This document shows, piece after piece, positions 1-9,958 of a stretch of 64,000 bases of DNA. A model generated the notes under the pieces. The model was not told the DNA's origin and searched no databases. It worked only from the letters and a program-made list of their open reading frames with translations. The stretch is from Phycisphaerales bacterium. GTDB taxonomy: Bacteria; Planctomycetota; Phycisphaerae; Phycisphaerales; UBA1924. The stretch spans positions 3,104,001-3,168,000 of the forward strand of contig OZ245777.1 in assembly GCA_965227775.1 (NCBI GenBank), read 5' to 3'. The translations under genes were made by a program, and so were the position numbers. Numbering within the stretch: the first letter of the stretch is position 1; each line of letters begins with the position of its first letter.

Positions 1-2
1 GA

Positions 3-911
3 GTCGTACGAGCGCCCCTCGTCGCCGCCGAGCACGAGCGCCGGCGGATGACCGGCGGTGCACAGCGTGACCTCGTGCGTGCGAAGGTTGAATGTGCCGC
101 AGACTGCCGTTGCGAATCGCGATCGGCCGCGTTGCGTGCGCACGAGATCCGCGTTCAGGGCGGTCATCGCCTCGGCCGGAGATCGTGTCGCCGCACCGCT
201 ACGCAGGCTCCTGGAGATGACCATCGTCAACAGCGCCGCTGGCACGCCGTGGCCGACCGCATCGGCCACAAAGAACCACAGCCGATCCTCATCGATCCGG
301 GTAACGTCGTAGATGTCGCCACTTACGTAGGTAGCCGGGCGATACATCACGCCGCACTCGAGTCCCTCGGCCTCAGGCAGCTCGACGGGCAACAACTCTT
401 GCTGGATCGCTGCGGCGAGGTTGAGCTCCTCGTGCATGCGGTCCATCTCCTGCCGCACGCCGCCCTGTGCACCGCTCAGGATGCGCAGCTCACGCTGCAT
501 CTCCACGATCGAGTCCTGCCGCCCGAACAAGCCGCGCAGGGCCGTTGCGATCGTTTGCGGCGGCAGATCGCTGTCGGCACCCAGCAGTCCGCCCCGGCTG
601 ATCTGGTCGCGCATGTCATCGGGGATGCTTGGCATAAGCACGAAGCCGAATGCCGACACGTCGTGCAGCAGGTGGGCAAAGGCAACGATCGTCGGCTTGG
701 GCGTGTCCTCGTCGAGCAGCACCAGCACGGCTGGCGCATCGCTGAGGCCCGACTCGCTCTGGGCGATGATCGCGTCGGCAAGATCACCCACGTCCACGAA
801 TTCGGCATCTGGGGCGTTGCTGCCCCACGCCGACCGCACCGACGCCCACAACGCCTGCGACTCTGGGCCCGAGGGGTCGGAACTCGCCACGATGATGGCC
901 GGTGGAGCCAA
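3..911 (-). CDS. SpoIIE/RsbU-family PP2C-type protein phosphatase (3'-truncated by window edge)
   Basis: Translated manually (not in ORF track): EELNLAAAIQQELLP..VSGDIYD..FVADAVGHGVPAAL..FATA..TAGHPP; TTG start at 911 after a GGAGG-like RBS. Confidence 0.85.
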   Translation of the reverse strand, partial: MAPPAIIVASSDPSGPESQALWASVRSAWGSNAPDAEFVDVGDLADAIIAQSESGLSDAPAVLVLLDEDTPKPTIVAFAHLLHDVSAFGFVLMPSIPDDMRDQISRGGLLGADSDLPPQTIATALRGLFGRQDSIVEMQRELRILSGAQGGVRQEMDRMHEELNLAAAIQQELLPVELPEAEGLECGVMYRPATYVSGDIYDVTRIDEDRLWFFVADAVGHGVPAALLTMVISRSLRSGAATRSPAEAMTALNADLVRTQRGRSRFATAVCGTFNLRTHEVTLCTAGHPPALVLGGDEGRSYD

Positions 912-969
912 TGCGCACCCTCCCGAGGCGCACCGATGCACCGGTCGCGCCTCCGAGAGCCCTATCGGC

Positions 970-1473
970 TCAGCGAGCGACCCGCTGAAGGCGGGCGAAG
1001 TCCAGTTCGACCTTATCGCCCCGTTCGAGCCCGAGTTCTCGGAGCTTGCCCGCCTGGAACTCGAGCGCGAATTGGGCCGCGGCATTGCTTGAGTACCGAG
1101 ACAGCCGCTGTTCGTACGCCTGGCGGCTCTCGCCCTGGAGCTGGGGCTCGACGGGCATCTCGTGCGTCGCCACGACTGTGCCGAATTGATCGAGGAAGGC
1201 GATGTCGATCGGCACCAGGCAATCGCGCATCACGAACTCGAGCTTGCGCGGCCTGGGAAAGACGAAGATCATGCCGCCGTCCGGCTCGATCATCTCCCGC
1301 CCGCCGAGGCCCTTGAGGCGGGTCGCGTCGTCCGCGGCGATCTCGAGGAAGAATGTCTGCCCGTTGATCTCGATGGTCTCGACGTCGTTCGAGACGGCCT
1401 CTGTGGGCACACATGCCCCGATGAGCATTGTCGCCATCGCGAGAAGCAAGATCAGGATCGTCCGAGAAGCCAT
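970..1473 (-). CDS. DUF192 domain-containing lipoprotein
   Basis: LEIA..RLKGL..GMIFVF..FVMRD..PIDIAFLD..ALEF pattern; lipobox LIGAC. Confidence 0.85.
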   Translation of the reverse strand: MASRTILILLLAMATMLIGACVPTEAVSNDVETIEINGQTFFLEIAADDATRLKGLGGREMIEPDGGMIFVFPRPRKLEFVMRDCLVPIDIAFLDQFGTVVATHEMPVEPQLQGESRQAYEQRLSRYSSNAAAQFALEFQAGKLRELGLERGDKVELDFARLQRVAR

Positions 1474-2414
1474 GCGTCGTCCTCCGGCGTGAAGCGGGCG
1501 GACCCGCGGGGCATGGTATCGAGGTCGAACCGCCCGGTGAATTCGGCGAGGTCGATCGCCTCACGCGGCTGGCCGGGCACGCTCCAGTACGCCAGCAACC
1601 CCAGGATGCGCTCGACGGGCACGCCCTCCGCCCGGTAGCTCGCCAGGCGGCTATCACCGTGCCGCTTCGCCAGCCGGCGGCCGTCGGGCCCGAGTACGAG
1701 CGGCAGGTGGGCGTAGCGAGGCCTCGGTGCGAGATCCAGGGCGTCGTAGAGCAGCGTCTGGCGCCCCGCCGAGTCCAGCAAGTCGTCGCCACGCACAACT
1801 CGAGTCACGCTCTGGCGAGCGTCGTCAACCACCACGGCCAGTTGATACGCGGGCATGCCTCGCTTGGTCCACACGACGAAGTCCCCCGCCTCCACAGCGG
1901 GATTCGTCGTCGTGGCGCCGAGGAACGCGTCATTGATCTCGATGGCACCTTCGGGTGTTGCAAACCGCCAATTGGTCTCGCGATCGGTAAACCCGGCCGG
2001 AGCCAGCGGGCGTGGGCGAGCGATCGAGGCTGGGGCGCCGTCACCCGCATGCGGGGCGGAGGCGGCCTCGGCGATCTCGCTCCTCGTGAGATCGCAGGGA
2101 TACGCCAGCGCAGAGCTTGCGAGCGTTCTCATCGCACCGACGTGGGGCTCCAGGTCGTGGCTCTGGATGATCGGCCCCTGATCCCAGTCGAGCCCGAGCC
2201 ACGCCATGGTCTCCAGCGTCTGCTCGACGGAGCCCGGCTTCACGCGCGGGCCGTCGAGGTCCTCGATGCGCATGACGATGCCCCACCCTTGCTGACGCGC
2301 CAGGATCCAGTTGACCACGAACGTGCGCGCGTTGCCCAGGTGCAAGGCTCCCGTGGGAGACGGGGCAAGCCGGGTCTTCTCCGAAGGCTGGCTAGACGGC
2401 TGGGGGGGCGTCAC
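1452..2414 (-). CDS. gluQ: tRNA glutamyl-Q(34) synthetase (GluQRS)
   Basis: RLAPSPTGALHLGN, RIEDLD, YQLAVVVDD, RGDDL, RLAKRHG; 320 aa with no anticodon-binding domain. Confidence 0.88.
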   Translation of the reverse strand: MTPPQPSSQPSEKTRLAPSPTGALHLGNARTFVVNWILARQQGWGIVMRIEDLDGPRVKPGSVEQTLETMAWLGLDWDQGPIIQSHDLEPHVGAMRTLASSALAYPCDLTRSEIAEAASAPHAGDGAPASIARPRPLAPAGFTDRETNWRFATPEGAIEINDAFLGATTTNPAVEAGDFVVWTKRGMPAYQLAVVVDDARQSVTRVVRGDDLLDSAGRQTLLYDALDLAPRPRYAHLPLVLGPDGRRLAKRHGDSRLASYRAEGVPVERILGLLAYWSVPGQPREAIDLAEFTGRFDLDTMPRGSARFTPEDDAWLLGRS

Positions 2415-2545
2415 GGGAGCATTTGTAGGGAAGGCGTTGGGGCCGGGTTGGTTAGGCCGGGTCGGGCGCTACCGTTGAGGCCCCGGCGGGCGGCCCGTGG
2501 AGGAGTCGCGGGTCCCCGAAGTCCGGCTGGATGGAGTGTGGCACG

Positions 2546-2845
2546 ATGGAGAAGCTCTCCGAAGCCGAGGTGAAGGACCGCCTGGCGAATCACCCCGAGT
2601 GGACCGAGGTGGGCGGCGAGATCCAGCGGACCTACGAGTTCGCCGATTTCAAGGCCTCGATCCGGTTCGTCAACGAGGTGGCCGAAGAGGCCGAGCGTGT
2701 GCAGCACCATCCCGACGTGCTGATCCGCTACTCGAGAGTCACGCTGACCGTCTCTACCCACGACGCAGGCGGGATCACGGTGAAGGACTTCGATCTGGCG
2801 GGCTTTGCCGACCAGGCCGCCGACGGCATCGTCGCCGCCGCCTAG
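2546..2845 (+). CDS. phhB: Pterin-4a-carbinolamine dehydratase
   Basis: AE..QHHPD, STHDAGGIT.KDF.LA motifs; about 100 aa. Confidence 0.92.
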   Translation: MEKLSEAEVKDRLANHPEWTEVGGEIQRTYEFADFKASIRFVNEVAEEAERVQHHPDVLIRYSRVTLTVSTHDAGGITVKDFDLAGFADQAADGIVAAA

Positions 2846-2882
2846 GCAGTCAGGCGACCAAACCCAAACACAGAGTCCATCG

Positions 2883-3281
2883 CTAGTGCGGCACTTCCTT
2901 GACCGCGTTGCGGTTCCAGGCCGGCACGCGGACCACGATGGGGCCGTTGCCCTCAACCTCGCACTGGCAGCTCAGTCGGCTGTTCATCTGGAGCCCAGGC
3001 GCCTCTTCCACGCGGTCTTCCTCGGCCTCGGTCGCTTCGGCGACGTCGTCCATGCCCTGCTCTACATAGACGTGGCAGGTCGAGCAGGCGCACACCCCGC
3101 CGCATGCGTGCTCGATGTTGATGCCGTTATCGACGGCGATTTCGAGCAGGTGCTCGCCCTTGGCGGCGAGCACGTCCCACTCTGTGCGATCAGAGCCAGT
3201 AAGCGACTCGGGGTCTTCCAGGATGAACTTGACGGGAACCTCCTTGGGCCCGTGGTCGTGATCGCTATGGCGTAGGTGCAT
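2883..3281 (-). CDS. fdx: 2Fe-2S ferredoxin (adrenodoxin/ISC type)
   Basis: EHACGGVCACSTCHVY and SRLSCQ. Confidence 0.9.
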   Translation of the reverse strand: MHLRHSDHDHGPKEVPVKFILEDPESLTGSDRTEWDVLAAKGEHLLEIAVDNGINIEHACGGVCACSTCHVYVEQGMDDVAEATEAEEDRVEEAPGLQMNSRLSCQCEVEGNGPIVVRVPAWNRNAVKEVPH

Positions 3282-3357
3282 ACCGCAGGTTAGGCGTGCT
3301 GATTGAGCCCTGGACTCAATCCAAAGTCGGCGATGCGGGTTGCCCGCATGCCCCGCA

Positions 3358-4473
3358 TCAGTTGCCCGAGAGCGCTCCGAACCGTGCTGTTTCGGTCTCG
3401 GATGGCACCGCGCCCCGGCGCGCCATGGCGGCCTTGGCGACTTCCAGGAACTTCTCCGCTCGGTAGCCCTTCTCGCCCGCGTCGGTCACCCAACGCATGG
3501 GGCTGACACGCCCGGAGATGGGCTTGCTGGCAGCCCACATGGTGCCAGTTCCGACGACCGCGCCCGTCATGATGCGTGTGCAGATGGCGGTTTTGACGTG
3601 GTCGCCCAGCACGCAGCCCATAAACGTCTCGCCCGTTCGCTGTCGATCAATGACGACCGGGCCGTACGTGTTCAGCAGGTTGCTGTTGGTCGTGCCCGCG
3701 CCCAGGTTGCACCAGGAGCCCACATAGGAATCGCCCAGAAAGCCCTCGTGGGACTTGTTGGCATACCCCTGGAAGATCACGCCCGTGATCTCGCCGCCGA
3801 CCTTGCACACCGGGCCAATCGCGGTATTGGGCCGGATGGTCGCGTGCTCGATGACGGTCGACCCCGGACCGACGTAGGCAGGCCCGATGATCACGGCATG
3901 ATGGCCGACGCGGGCGTTCTCGTCGATCACGATCGCGCCGTCGCTGGCGTCGAGCACGGCACTCTCGGCGACCTTCGCGCCCTCGCGCACGACAACGCCC
4001 TTGGCGGGCGCCATCGATTCCAAGTCGTGGGCGATGCACGCGTCCCGATGCGTCCGCACGTGCCAGCAGCGCTCAAGCAAGCCGGCATCGCGCTCCTTGG
4101 TGTCATATGACCCCGGATCGAGCGCCTCAGCACCAGCGTCGGCGATGCGCGCGGCAAGCAGCGTGTCGCCCTGCACGAAGGCATGCCCGGTCTCGAGCGC
4201 GGCGATCGCCTCGAGCTCGCGCGCCGCCAGCGGCCAGCGGCCGTTCACGATGACCGCCTCCTCGGCTGCCGGCCCGTTCACTTTCAGCCGGGGGTGCGCT
4301 TCGCGGACGAGATCGGCCTGCACCTCGGGCACGATGAGCCCGCTCGGCTGCATGCCCGCGTTGGCCCACCGCTCCAGCGCGGTCCATGCGCCCGTGCGCA
4401 CGTCGAAGGACGCACGCAGGTCGGTCAATGGGGCGAGCTCGCCTTGCCCGTCGTCGAAGAGGATGAGCTTCAC
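3358..4473 (-). CDS. GlmU-like putative sugar nucleotidyltransferase with left-handed beta-helix
   Basis: LAPLTDLR..VRTG N-terminus; hexapeptide repeats; NKSHEGFLGDSYVGSWCNLGAGT; GTG start chosen at 4473. Confidence 0.75.
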   Translation of the reverse strand: MKLILFDDGQGELAPLTDLRASFDVRTGAWTALERWANAGMQPSGLIVPEVQADLVREAHPRLKVNGPAAEEAVIVNGRWPLAARELEAIAALETGHAFVQGDTLLAARIADAGAEALDPGSYDTKERDAGLLERCWHVRTHRDACIAHDLESMAPAKGVVVREGAKVAESAVLDASDGAIVIDENARVGHHAVIIGPAYVGPGSTVIEHATIRPNTAIGPVCKVGGEITGVIFQGYANKSHEGFLGDSYVGSWCNLGAGTTNSNLLNTYGPVVIDRQRTGETFMGCVLGDHVKTAICTRIMTGAVVGTGTMWAASKPISGRVSPMRWVTDAGEKGYRAEKFLEVAKAAMARRGAVPSETETARFGALSGN

Positions 4474-4513
4474 GCCGTTGCTCCCAGAGAGAGTCGTAGG
4501 ACTGGATAAAAGG

Positions 4514-5074
4514 CTATGACCGGCGCTGCCAGGGCCTCGGGCCGTTGCCCGCAAATCCCAACAGTGGTGCAATCGCGATGAGAAGCAGGCCCAGCGGCAG
4601 GGCGAGCAGGGCTGTGTACCCGGCAGAACCAAGGCGGACCAGCAACTCGCTGCCGGGCTGGAAGGCCAGCGGTGCGCCGGTGATCTTCTGGATCGTCAGC
4701 AGGGCAACGACGACGATCTGCGTGGCGATGACGCCGAACAGCGTGAGGACCGAGAGCGTCGCCAGGTGATGACGCACGAGCTTGCCGCGAAGCGTCAGGA
4801 TGACCTGGGCCATGAGCACGGCACCGAGCGCGTACGGCCCGATGAGCGGCTGCGCGGCACCCGCGAGCATCGGCCAGCCTCCCGTGAGGTCGAGCGTGAG
4901 CCCGAGCACCAGACAGGCCCACACCGCGTGCATCGGCGGCGCGCTGAGCGCGACGTACGCCCCGAGCGCGAGCAGGAAGCTGGGCTGCACCGGTCCGATC
5001 GCCAGCGCGTCTCGCAGTCCTCGCTCGAGGCCGAGCAGCAGATACGCCAGGATGGCGAACACCGGCCAATTCAC
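4514..5074 (-). CDS. mreD: Rod shape-determining protein MreD-like membrane protein
   Basis: About 5 TM segments, LGLTLDL motif, coupled (GTGA overlap) downstream of mreC. Confidence 0.7.
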   Translation of the reverse strand: MNWPVFAILAYLLLGLERGLRDALAIGPVQPSFLLALGAYVALSAPPMHAVWACLVLGLTLDLTGGWPMLAGAAQPLIGPYALGAVLMAQVILTLRGKLVRHHLATLSVLTLFGVIATQIVVVALLTIQKITGAPLAFQPGSELLVRLGSAGYTALLALPLGLLLIAIAPLLGFAGNGPRPWQRRS

Positions 5075-5985
5075 GGCGTGCCTCCTTCCTCGGATTCTGA
5101 CGCGTCGCCGGTGTCAGGATCGATCGGCACGCGCAGCACGACCTCGCTGACACGCTCGAGCGGCACGGTCGGCGCAACGGTGATGATGGTGCGCGTCGGC
5201 TCATCGGGCGCCGGAGCGACCTCGACGACCTCACCGACGATGAGCATCTGAGCGCTGCGCGGCCACGTCTCGTCGCGCAATCGCACGGTCATGCCCACGG
5301 CGATCTCGACAGGTGCGCGCCGCGTTTCGTCGAACACCCAGGTCGCCGGACCCTCGAGGCGTCCCCCACCGGCGGGCTCAAGGCGGCACTGGATGCCGCT
5401 GTCGAGGTCCTCGCCCGTCATCACGAGCGCCATGAGCCCGCCGGCCGCGTCGTCGGTGATCGGGCGGACGACGCACCATGCTCCTGTGACGCGTTCCACC
5501 CGGCCCAGGAGCTGCAGGCCCTCGACAACGGCGACCGAATTCTCTACCACGCCGCGGCCCGTGCCTGCGCGCACTTGCAGGGCGCTGCTCGACGCCTCGC
5601 TGAACCGACCGATGACGGGGGCGGCCACCTGCTGCACACCGAGCTCGGGCGTTAACTCGGCACCCCTCTGCAACTCGAACACGAGCCGCTCAAGCTCTCG
5701 TACCTTGAGTTCCAGGTCGAGCGAGCGCTGGCGGGCGACCTCGAGCTCCTGGCGGTACTGTTCGGCCAGGGCGGGGTCGGCGGATCGACGGAACGGCCGA
5801 GTGAGTGGGTCTGCCACCCAGCGAACGGCGTTGCTGACCGGAGCCGAAACGGTGATCGCGACGTCTGCGAAGCCCGTCGTCCAACGCGTGAAACGCATCG
5901 GGACGATCGCAAGCAGGAACAACAGTACGAGGCTGACTCGCAGCAGCGTCCGGGCACTGGGTCGTTTGGAGAGTGGTCCGGCCAT
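5071..5985 (-). CDS. mreC: Rod shape-determining protein MreC
   Basis: N-terminal TM, coiled coil, APVIGR, GLQLLGRV..V, VRPITD; directly downstream of mreB. Confidence 0.8.
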   Translation of the reverse strand: MAGPLSKRPSARTLLRVSLVLLFLLAIVPMRFTRWTTGFADVAITVSAPVSNAVRWVADPLTRPFRRSADPALAEQYRQELEVARQRSLDLELKVRELERLVFELQRGAELTPELGVQQVAAPVIGRFSEASSSALQVRAGTGRGVVENSVAVVEGLQLLGRVERVTGAWCVVRPITDDAAGGLMALVMTGEDLDSGIQCRLEPAGGGRLEGPATWVFDETRRAPVEIAVGMTVRLRDETWPRSAQMLIVGEVVEVAPAPDEPTRTIITVAPTVPLERVSEVVLRVPIDPDTGDASESEEGGTP

Positions 5986-6019
5986 AGCGCCCCGGGGAGT
6001 CGGGCAGGCGGTGGCCCGC

Positions 6020-7081
6020 TTACACGTCGATGTCGTTCTCGAGGGTGGCTTTCCACTCCTCGATGTGCTCGAGGTAGATCGCCGTGCCTCGCGCGACGCA
6101 CGTCAGCGGGTCGTCGGCCAGCTTGCACTCAAGGCCGGTTGCCTTGCGGAGCACCTCGGGCAGACCGCGCAACAACGCGCCGCCGCCCGCCAGCATGATG
6201 CCGTTCTCGACGAGGTCGGCAGCCAGCTCGGGCTCTACCTTCTCCAGCGTCCGCGTCACGGTCTCGATGATCTGGCTGATGGGCTCACTGAGCGCCTCGC
6301 GGATCTCTTCGCTGGTGATGGTCGCCTTGCGCGGCAGGCCGCTGATCATGTCTCGACCACGCACCTCGATTGTGCTCTCGTCGCTGGCCTTGCCGGCCGA
6401 GCCGAGTTCGATCTTGATACGCTCGGCGGTCTGCTCACCGATCATGAGGTTGTACGTGCGGCGCATGTGGTTCATGATCGCCTCGTCCATGTCGTCGCCG
6501 GCGACGCGGACGCTCTCGCACACGGCGATGTCGGCCAGCGACATGACGGCGACCTCGGTCGTGCCGCCGCCGATGTCGACGATCATGGAAGCCGTCGGCT
6601 CGGCCACGGGCAGGCCCGCTCCGATGGCCGCGGCCACGGGTTCTTCAAGCAGATACGTGCGTCGGGCGCCCGCGTGCTCGGCACTGTCAAACACGGCGCG
6701 TTTCTCGACCGCCGTGATTCCGCTGGGCACGCTGATGACCACGCGCGGGCCGATAAAGCCCCAATTGCGGGTGAGCTGGTTCACCTTGCGGATGAAGTAG
6801 CCCAGCATGGCCTCGGTGATCTGGAAGTCGCTGATCACGCCGTCCTTGAGCGGGCGCACGGCGGCGATCGAGCCGGGCGTCTTGCCCAGCATCTCCTTGG
6901 CCATCCAGCCGACGGCCTGCCCGTTCTTCAGGACTTCGTTGGTGCCCTTGCGCACGGCAACCACGCTGGGCTCGTTGAGCACGATGCCCTGACCTCTGAC
7001 GGCGACAAGCGTGTTGCAAGTGCCCAGGTCGATACCCATATCGACACTGAACAAGCTCGTGATACGGTCTAGGTACCGCAC
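6020..7081 (-). CDS. mreB: Actin-like ATPase MreB
   Basis: MGIDLGTCNT, EPSVVA, RPLKDGVI, EEPVAAAIG, VDIGGGTT, LAGGGALL; GTG start at 7081 with AGGAGG RBS. Confidence 0.95.
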   Translation of the reverse strand: MRYLDRITSLFSVDMGIDLGTCNTLVAVRGQGIVLNEPSVVAVRKGTNEVLKNGQAVGWMAKEMLGKTPGSIAAVRPLKDGVISDFQITEAMLGYFIRKVNQLTRNWGFIGPRVVISVPSGITAVEKRAVFDSAEHAGARRTYLLEEPVAAAIGAGLPVAEPTASMIVDIGGGTTEVAVMSLADIAVCESVRVAGDDMDEAIMNHMRRTYNLMIGEQTAERIKIELGSAGKASDESTIEVRGRDMISGLPRKATITSEEIREALSEPISQIIETVTRTLEKVEPELAADLVENGIMLAGGGALLRGLPEVLRKATGLECKLADDPLTCVARGTAIYLEHIEEWKATLENDIDV

Positions 7082-7461
7082 TGCCGCGTCGCCCTCCTGG
7101 CCAGCCGCCGCGGCGTCATTGCGACGGATACTCCGCATGGGGCGATCCATCGGCCCCGGCGGACGGCAGGCGTGAGATTATAGGAATCGGTCAGCATACA
7201 CAAGGGCCGCACGGACGCGTTTGGCCGGCAGAATCTACCGATACGAAGACAAAACCATACGTAAACCTTACAAATAGGCTTCGCGCGATTTTCACGCGAC
7301 GAGCTGGATTCGATAACCGGCACAACCGATACAACGGTCATGGCGGGACTGTGGGGCCCGGCCGAGCATAGCGAACGAGGCAACGGAAGCCGCCGGGCGA
7401 CCCAGGGCATGACGCCTTCGGTGGCCCGTTGCCACGCGCTGACTGCGTTGAGCGCTCCGGC

Positions 7462-8271
7462 TCAACCTTCCCCGATGGCGAACGTGAGCGAAGCCCAGAA
7501 GCTCTTCCAACCCGCATCGTCGCGGTCGTCGGTGCGGTACATGTGAAGGCAGGTGAGCATCCACGGCCCGGCGCGATCGAGATCGATCTCCGCATAGCCC
7601 TCGCCATCTGTCCGGACGAGCTGTGCCGAAGACGTGCCGTCGGAGGCGGCCTGTTGCGAGACGGCAACCACCCTCGCGCCCGCCTTCGGCGAACCCAAGT
7701 ACAGCACGCGAACACGAACGCGCTGCCCCGCCGTTGCCGACTCGAGCGGATCGAGCACGATCTCCAGCGGCAAGCCGACGACGCGGTCTTCGAGGCCAGG
7801 GTCCTCACCACCCACGCGCACGAGCGCCTTGGAGCACCGGGCGTACATCTCGATTCCGGGCTGATCTGTCTCACCCAGCGACTCACGTTGCTCGGCGATG
7901 TGGTCGAGCCCTTGCTCCTCGAGGTAGGCCGCGAACCGCTCTGGCCCGAGTTCGCTGAGCACTTCCTCGCTCTCGTACGCAACAACGCTGGTGCCAATCG
8001 AACGAATCCGGGCGATGTTGGTCGGCTGCCCGTGGCGGCCCATGACATCTTGCGAGCCTTCCGCGTCGACGATCTCGAAGCGCTTTACGTAGGGCTCGTT
8101 GCGCGGTACGAACTCACCCTCGAAGTGGTGTCCATGCATCAGGAAGAACTTGCCAAGATCGCCCGGGCTCGCCTCGAACGTGCTCGGCCTGATCCAGAAC
8201 TCGTGGGCGCTGGCGAGGCTGGCACAGCCGAGGACGGCGAGCAATACTGCGATCACGTTGCATCGAGGCAT
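7462..8271 (-). CDS. DUF4198 domain-containing exported protein
   Basis: Signal peptide then AHEFWIRP; YARCSKALV; GLPLEIV; RTDGEG; WASLTF. Confidence 0.8.
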   Translation of the reverse strand: MPRCNVIAVLLAVLGCASLASAHEFWIRPSTFEASPGDLGKFFLMHGHHFEGEFVPRNEPYVKRFEIVDAEGSQDVMGRHGQPTNIARIRSIGTSVVAYESEEVLSELGPERFAAYLEEQGLDHIAEQRESLGETDQPGIEMYARCSKALVRVGGEDPGLEDRVVGLPLEIVLDPLESATAGQRVRVRVLYLGSPKAGARVVAVSQQAASDGTSSAQLVRTDGEGYAEIDLDRAGPWMLTCLHMYRTDDRDDAGWKSFWASLTFAIGEG

Positions 8272-8350
8272 GGTGGTACTCCAGTCATTGAGCGATACAA
8301 ACACCGCACAGCGCGTCAGCGCGTTGCGGCGTGGAACGATCTCATTGCCG

Positions 8351-9958
8351 TCAGAAAGCGCCGGCCCGCTCCCAGATGTTCAGGAACTCGAGCACGTCGA
8401 AGATCGTGATCATGCCATCGCCGTCGATGTCGGCGACGTCGAATTCCGTCGGCGTGCGGTCCTTGCTATTGGCCGTGCCCGAGTGCGGCGTGGCGGCGTA
8501 GGGGAACACGCCGTTGAAGCGCAGGTCATTCTCGGTCACGTTGTCACCAACCAGCGTGATGGCTGAATAGTCGGGACCGCTAGCGACAGCTGTGAGCGCG
8601 ATGTCGACGACGTCATCACCGAATCGGCGGCCGTTGGGCCAACCGCTGGAAACACCGCCCATGTCGGCCGTGACATCGCCGCCGATGAATCCAAGGCGGC
8701 TGAAGCCAGCATCGCCTTCCAGCCGAACCGGCCCCGTCGTCGTTGCCACGCGAATGACGTCTGGAATGTACACGGCCGCCAGGTCGACTCGGCCAGTCGT
8801 GGCAAAGTCGGTGCCATACACCAGGTTGATGAGCGCGGCGACCTCCGGATTCTCGGCGTAGGTGGAGAACTGGGCGTCGTCGGCAGGGTCGGTCGCGTTG
8901 TAGCGGTCCTTGTCGGCCAAAGCGACGAGCACCTCGTTGAACAGCGGGTTGCCAAGACGATTCACCTGCACCCATGGGCCGGTCGAGCGGATGTCGTCGC
9001 CCGCGACGCGCTCGGTGAATTGGCGGCGGGCAACGGACGCGTACACGCCAACACCCTGCTGATCGCCGAAGAACGCGTCGGTGTATGGCAGTTGGGGCAG
9101 CTCGCTCAGCGGCACCTGCACTGCAAAGGTCAGCACGTTGAAGCCCTTGAAGCCATCGACGCCGTTACCGTCCTGTCCCAGGCCATCGCTCAGATCGCCA
9201 TTGCGATCGAGGATGCGCGGGTTGAGCAAGTCGAACACGCCAGGCACGTCGGCATAGAAGCTGTCGTCGCGTGTGCCTGCGAAGAAGACGGTGCCCTCAT
9301 CGCCGTCGATGATCGCCTGGCGGGTGTACGCATCGAGATCGCCGAGCGTCTGCGCGCCCGACATCGCGAAACCGTCGGCATCGTTGTACAGCGGCGTCAC
9401 GCGGTTGCCCGGGTTGGGAGGGCCAGTGACGGCATCGGACGCCAGCGTCGTGGCGCCAGAATCATCGATGCGCTCGACCCTGTATGTTTGCGTGAAGTTT
9501 TGCCGTGCGTCGCCGATCTCCATGATGGCGCCGGGCTCGGTGCCCAGCCCATAGCTGAGGATTGTGCCGGGGTTCTTCAGGCCGCCGTCGACATCGGAGA
9601 ACGCGAAGTCGTAGCGGATAAGCGTCTCGCCGGTCGTAGGGTTGGCCACGTGTAGGCTGTAGCGAGCGTCGTCGGAGAACCGCTCGTAGTGCGGGCCATC
9701 GCCCGGCTCGACGAACGGACGAACGTTCGCGACGATGTTGAGCACCTCGACGCTCGGGTCGTCGTACTTCGTGCCAACGAAGGCGTACACATCGGTCAGG
9801 TTGGCCATCGGGTCCTGATCGATGAGCGGGGCGTCGCTGTGGCTGGAGGCCAGCGTCTCGGTCGTCATGAATGTGGCCGCGCCGGCTGCCACGACCATGG
9901 CGGCCGCTGCTGTCATGCAGGTCGCGGTGCATGAGATAGTACTTCGATTCAACGGCAT
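8351..9958 (-). CDS. DUF4331-family exported protein with C-terminal dockerin/EF-hand-like motif
   Basis: SSHSDAP..DP..TDVYAF, FAGTRDDSFY, QVNRLGNPLFNE, GWPNGRRFGDDVVD, FPYAATP; tail ADIDGDGMITIFD; AAGGAG RBS. Confidence 0.85.
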   Translation of the reverse strand: MPLNRSTISCTATCMTAAAAMVVAAGAATFMTTETLASSHSDAPLIDQDPMANLTDVYAFVGTKYDDPSVEVLNIVANVRPFVEPGDGPHYERFSDDARYSLHVANPTTGETLIRYDFAFSDVDGGLKNPGTILSYGLGTEPGAIMEIGDARQNFTQTYRVERIDDSGATTLASDAVTGPPNPGNRVTPLYNDADGFAMSGAQTLGDLDAYTRQAIIDGDEGTVFFAGTRDDSFYADVPGVFDLLNPRILDRNGDLSDGLGQDGNGVDGFKGFNVLTFAVQVPLSELPQLPYTDAFFGDQQGVGVYASVARRQFTERVAGDDIRSTGPWVQVNRLGNPLFNEVLVALADKDRYNATDPADDAQFSTYAENPEVAALINLVYGTDFATTGRVDLAAVYIPDVIRVATTTGPVRLEGDAGFSRLGFIGGDVTADMGGVSSGWPNGRRFGDDVVDIALTAVASGPDYSAITLVGDNVTENDLRFNGVFPYAATPHSGTANSKDRTPTEFDVADIDGDGMITIFDVLEFLNIWERAGAF

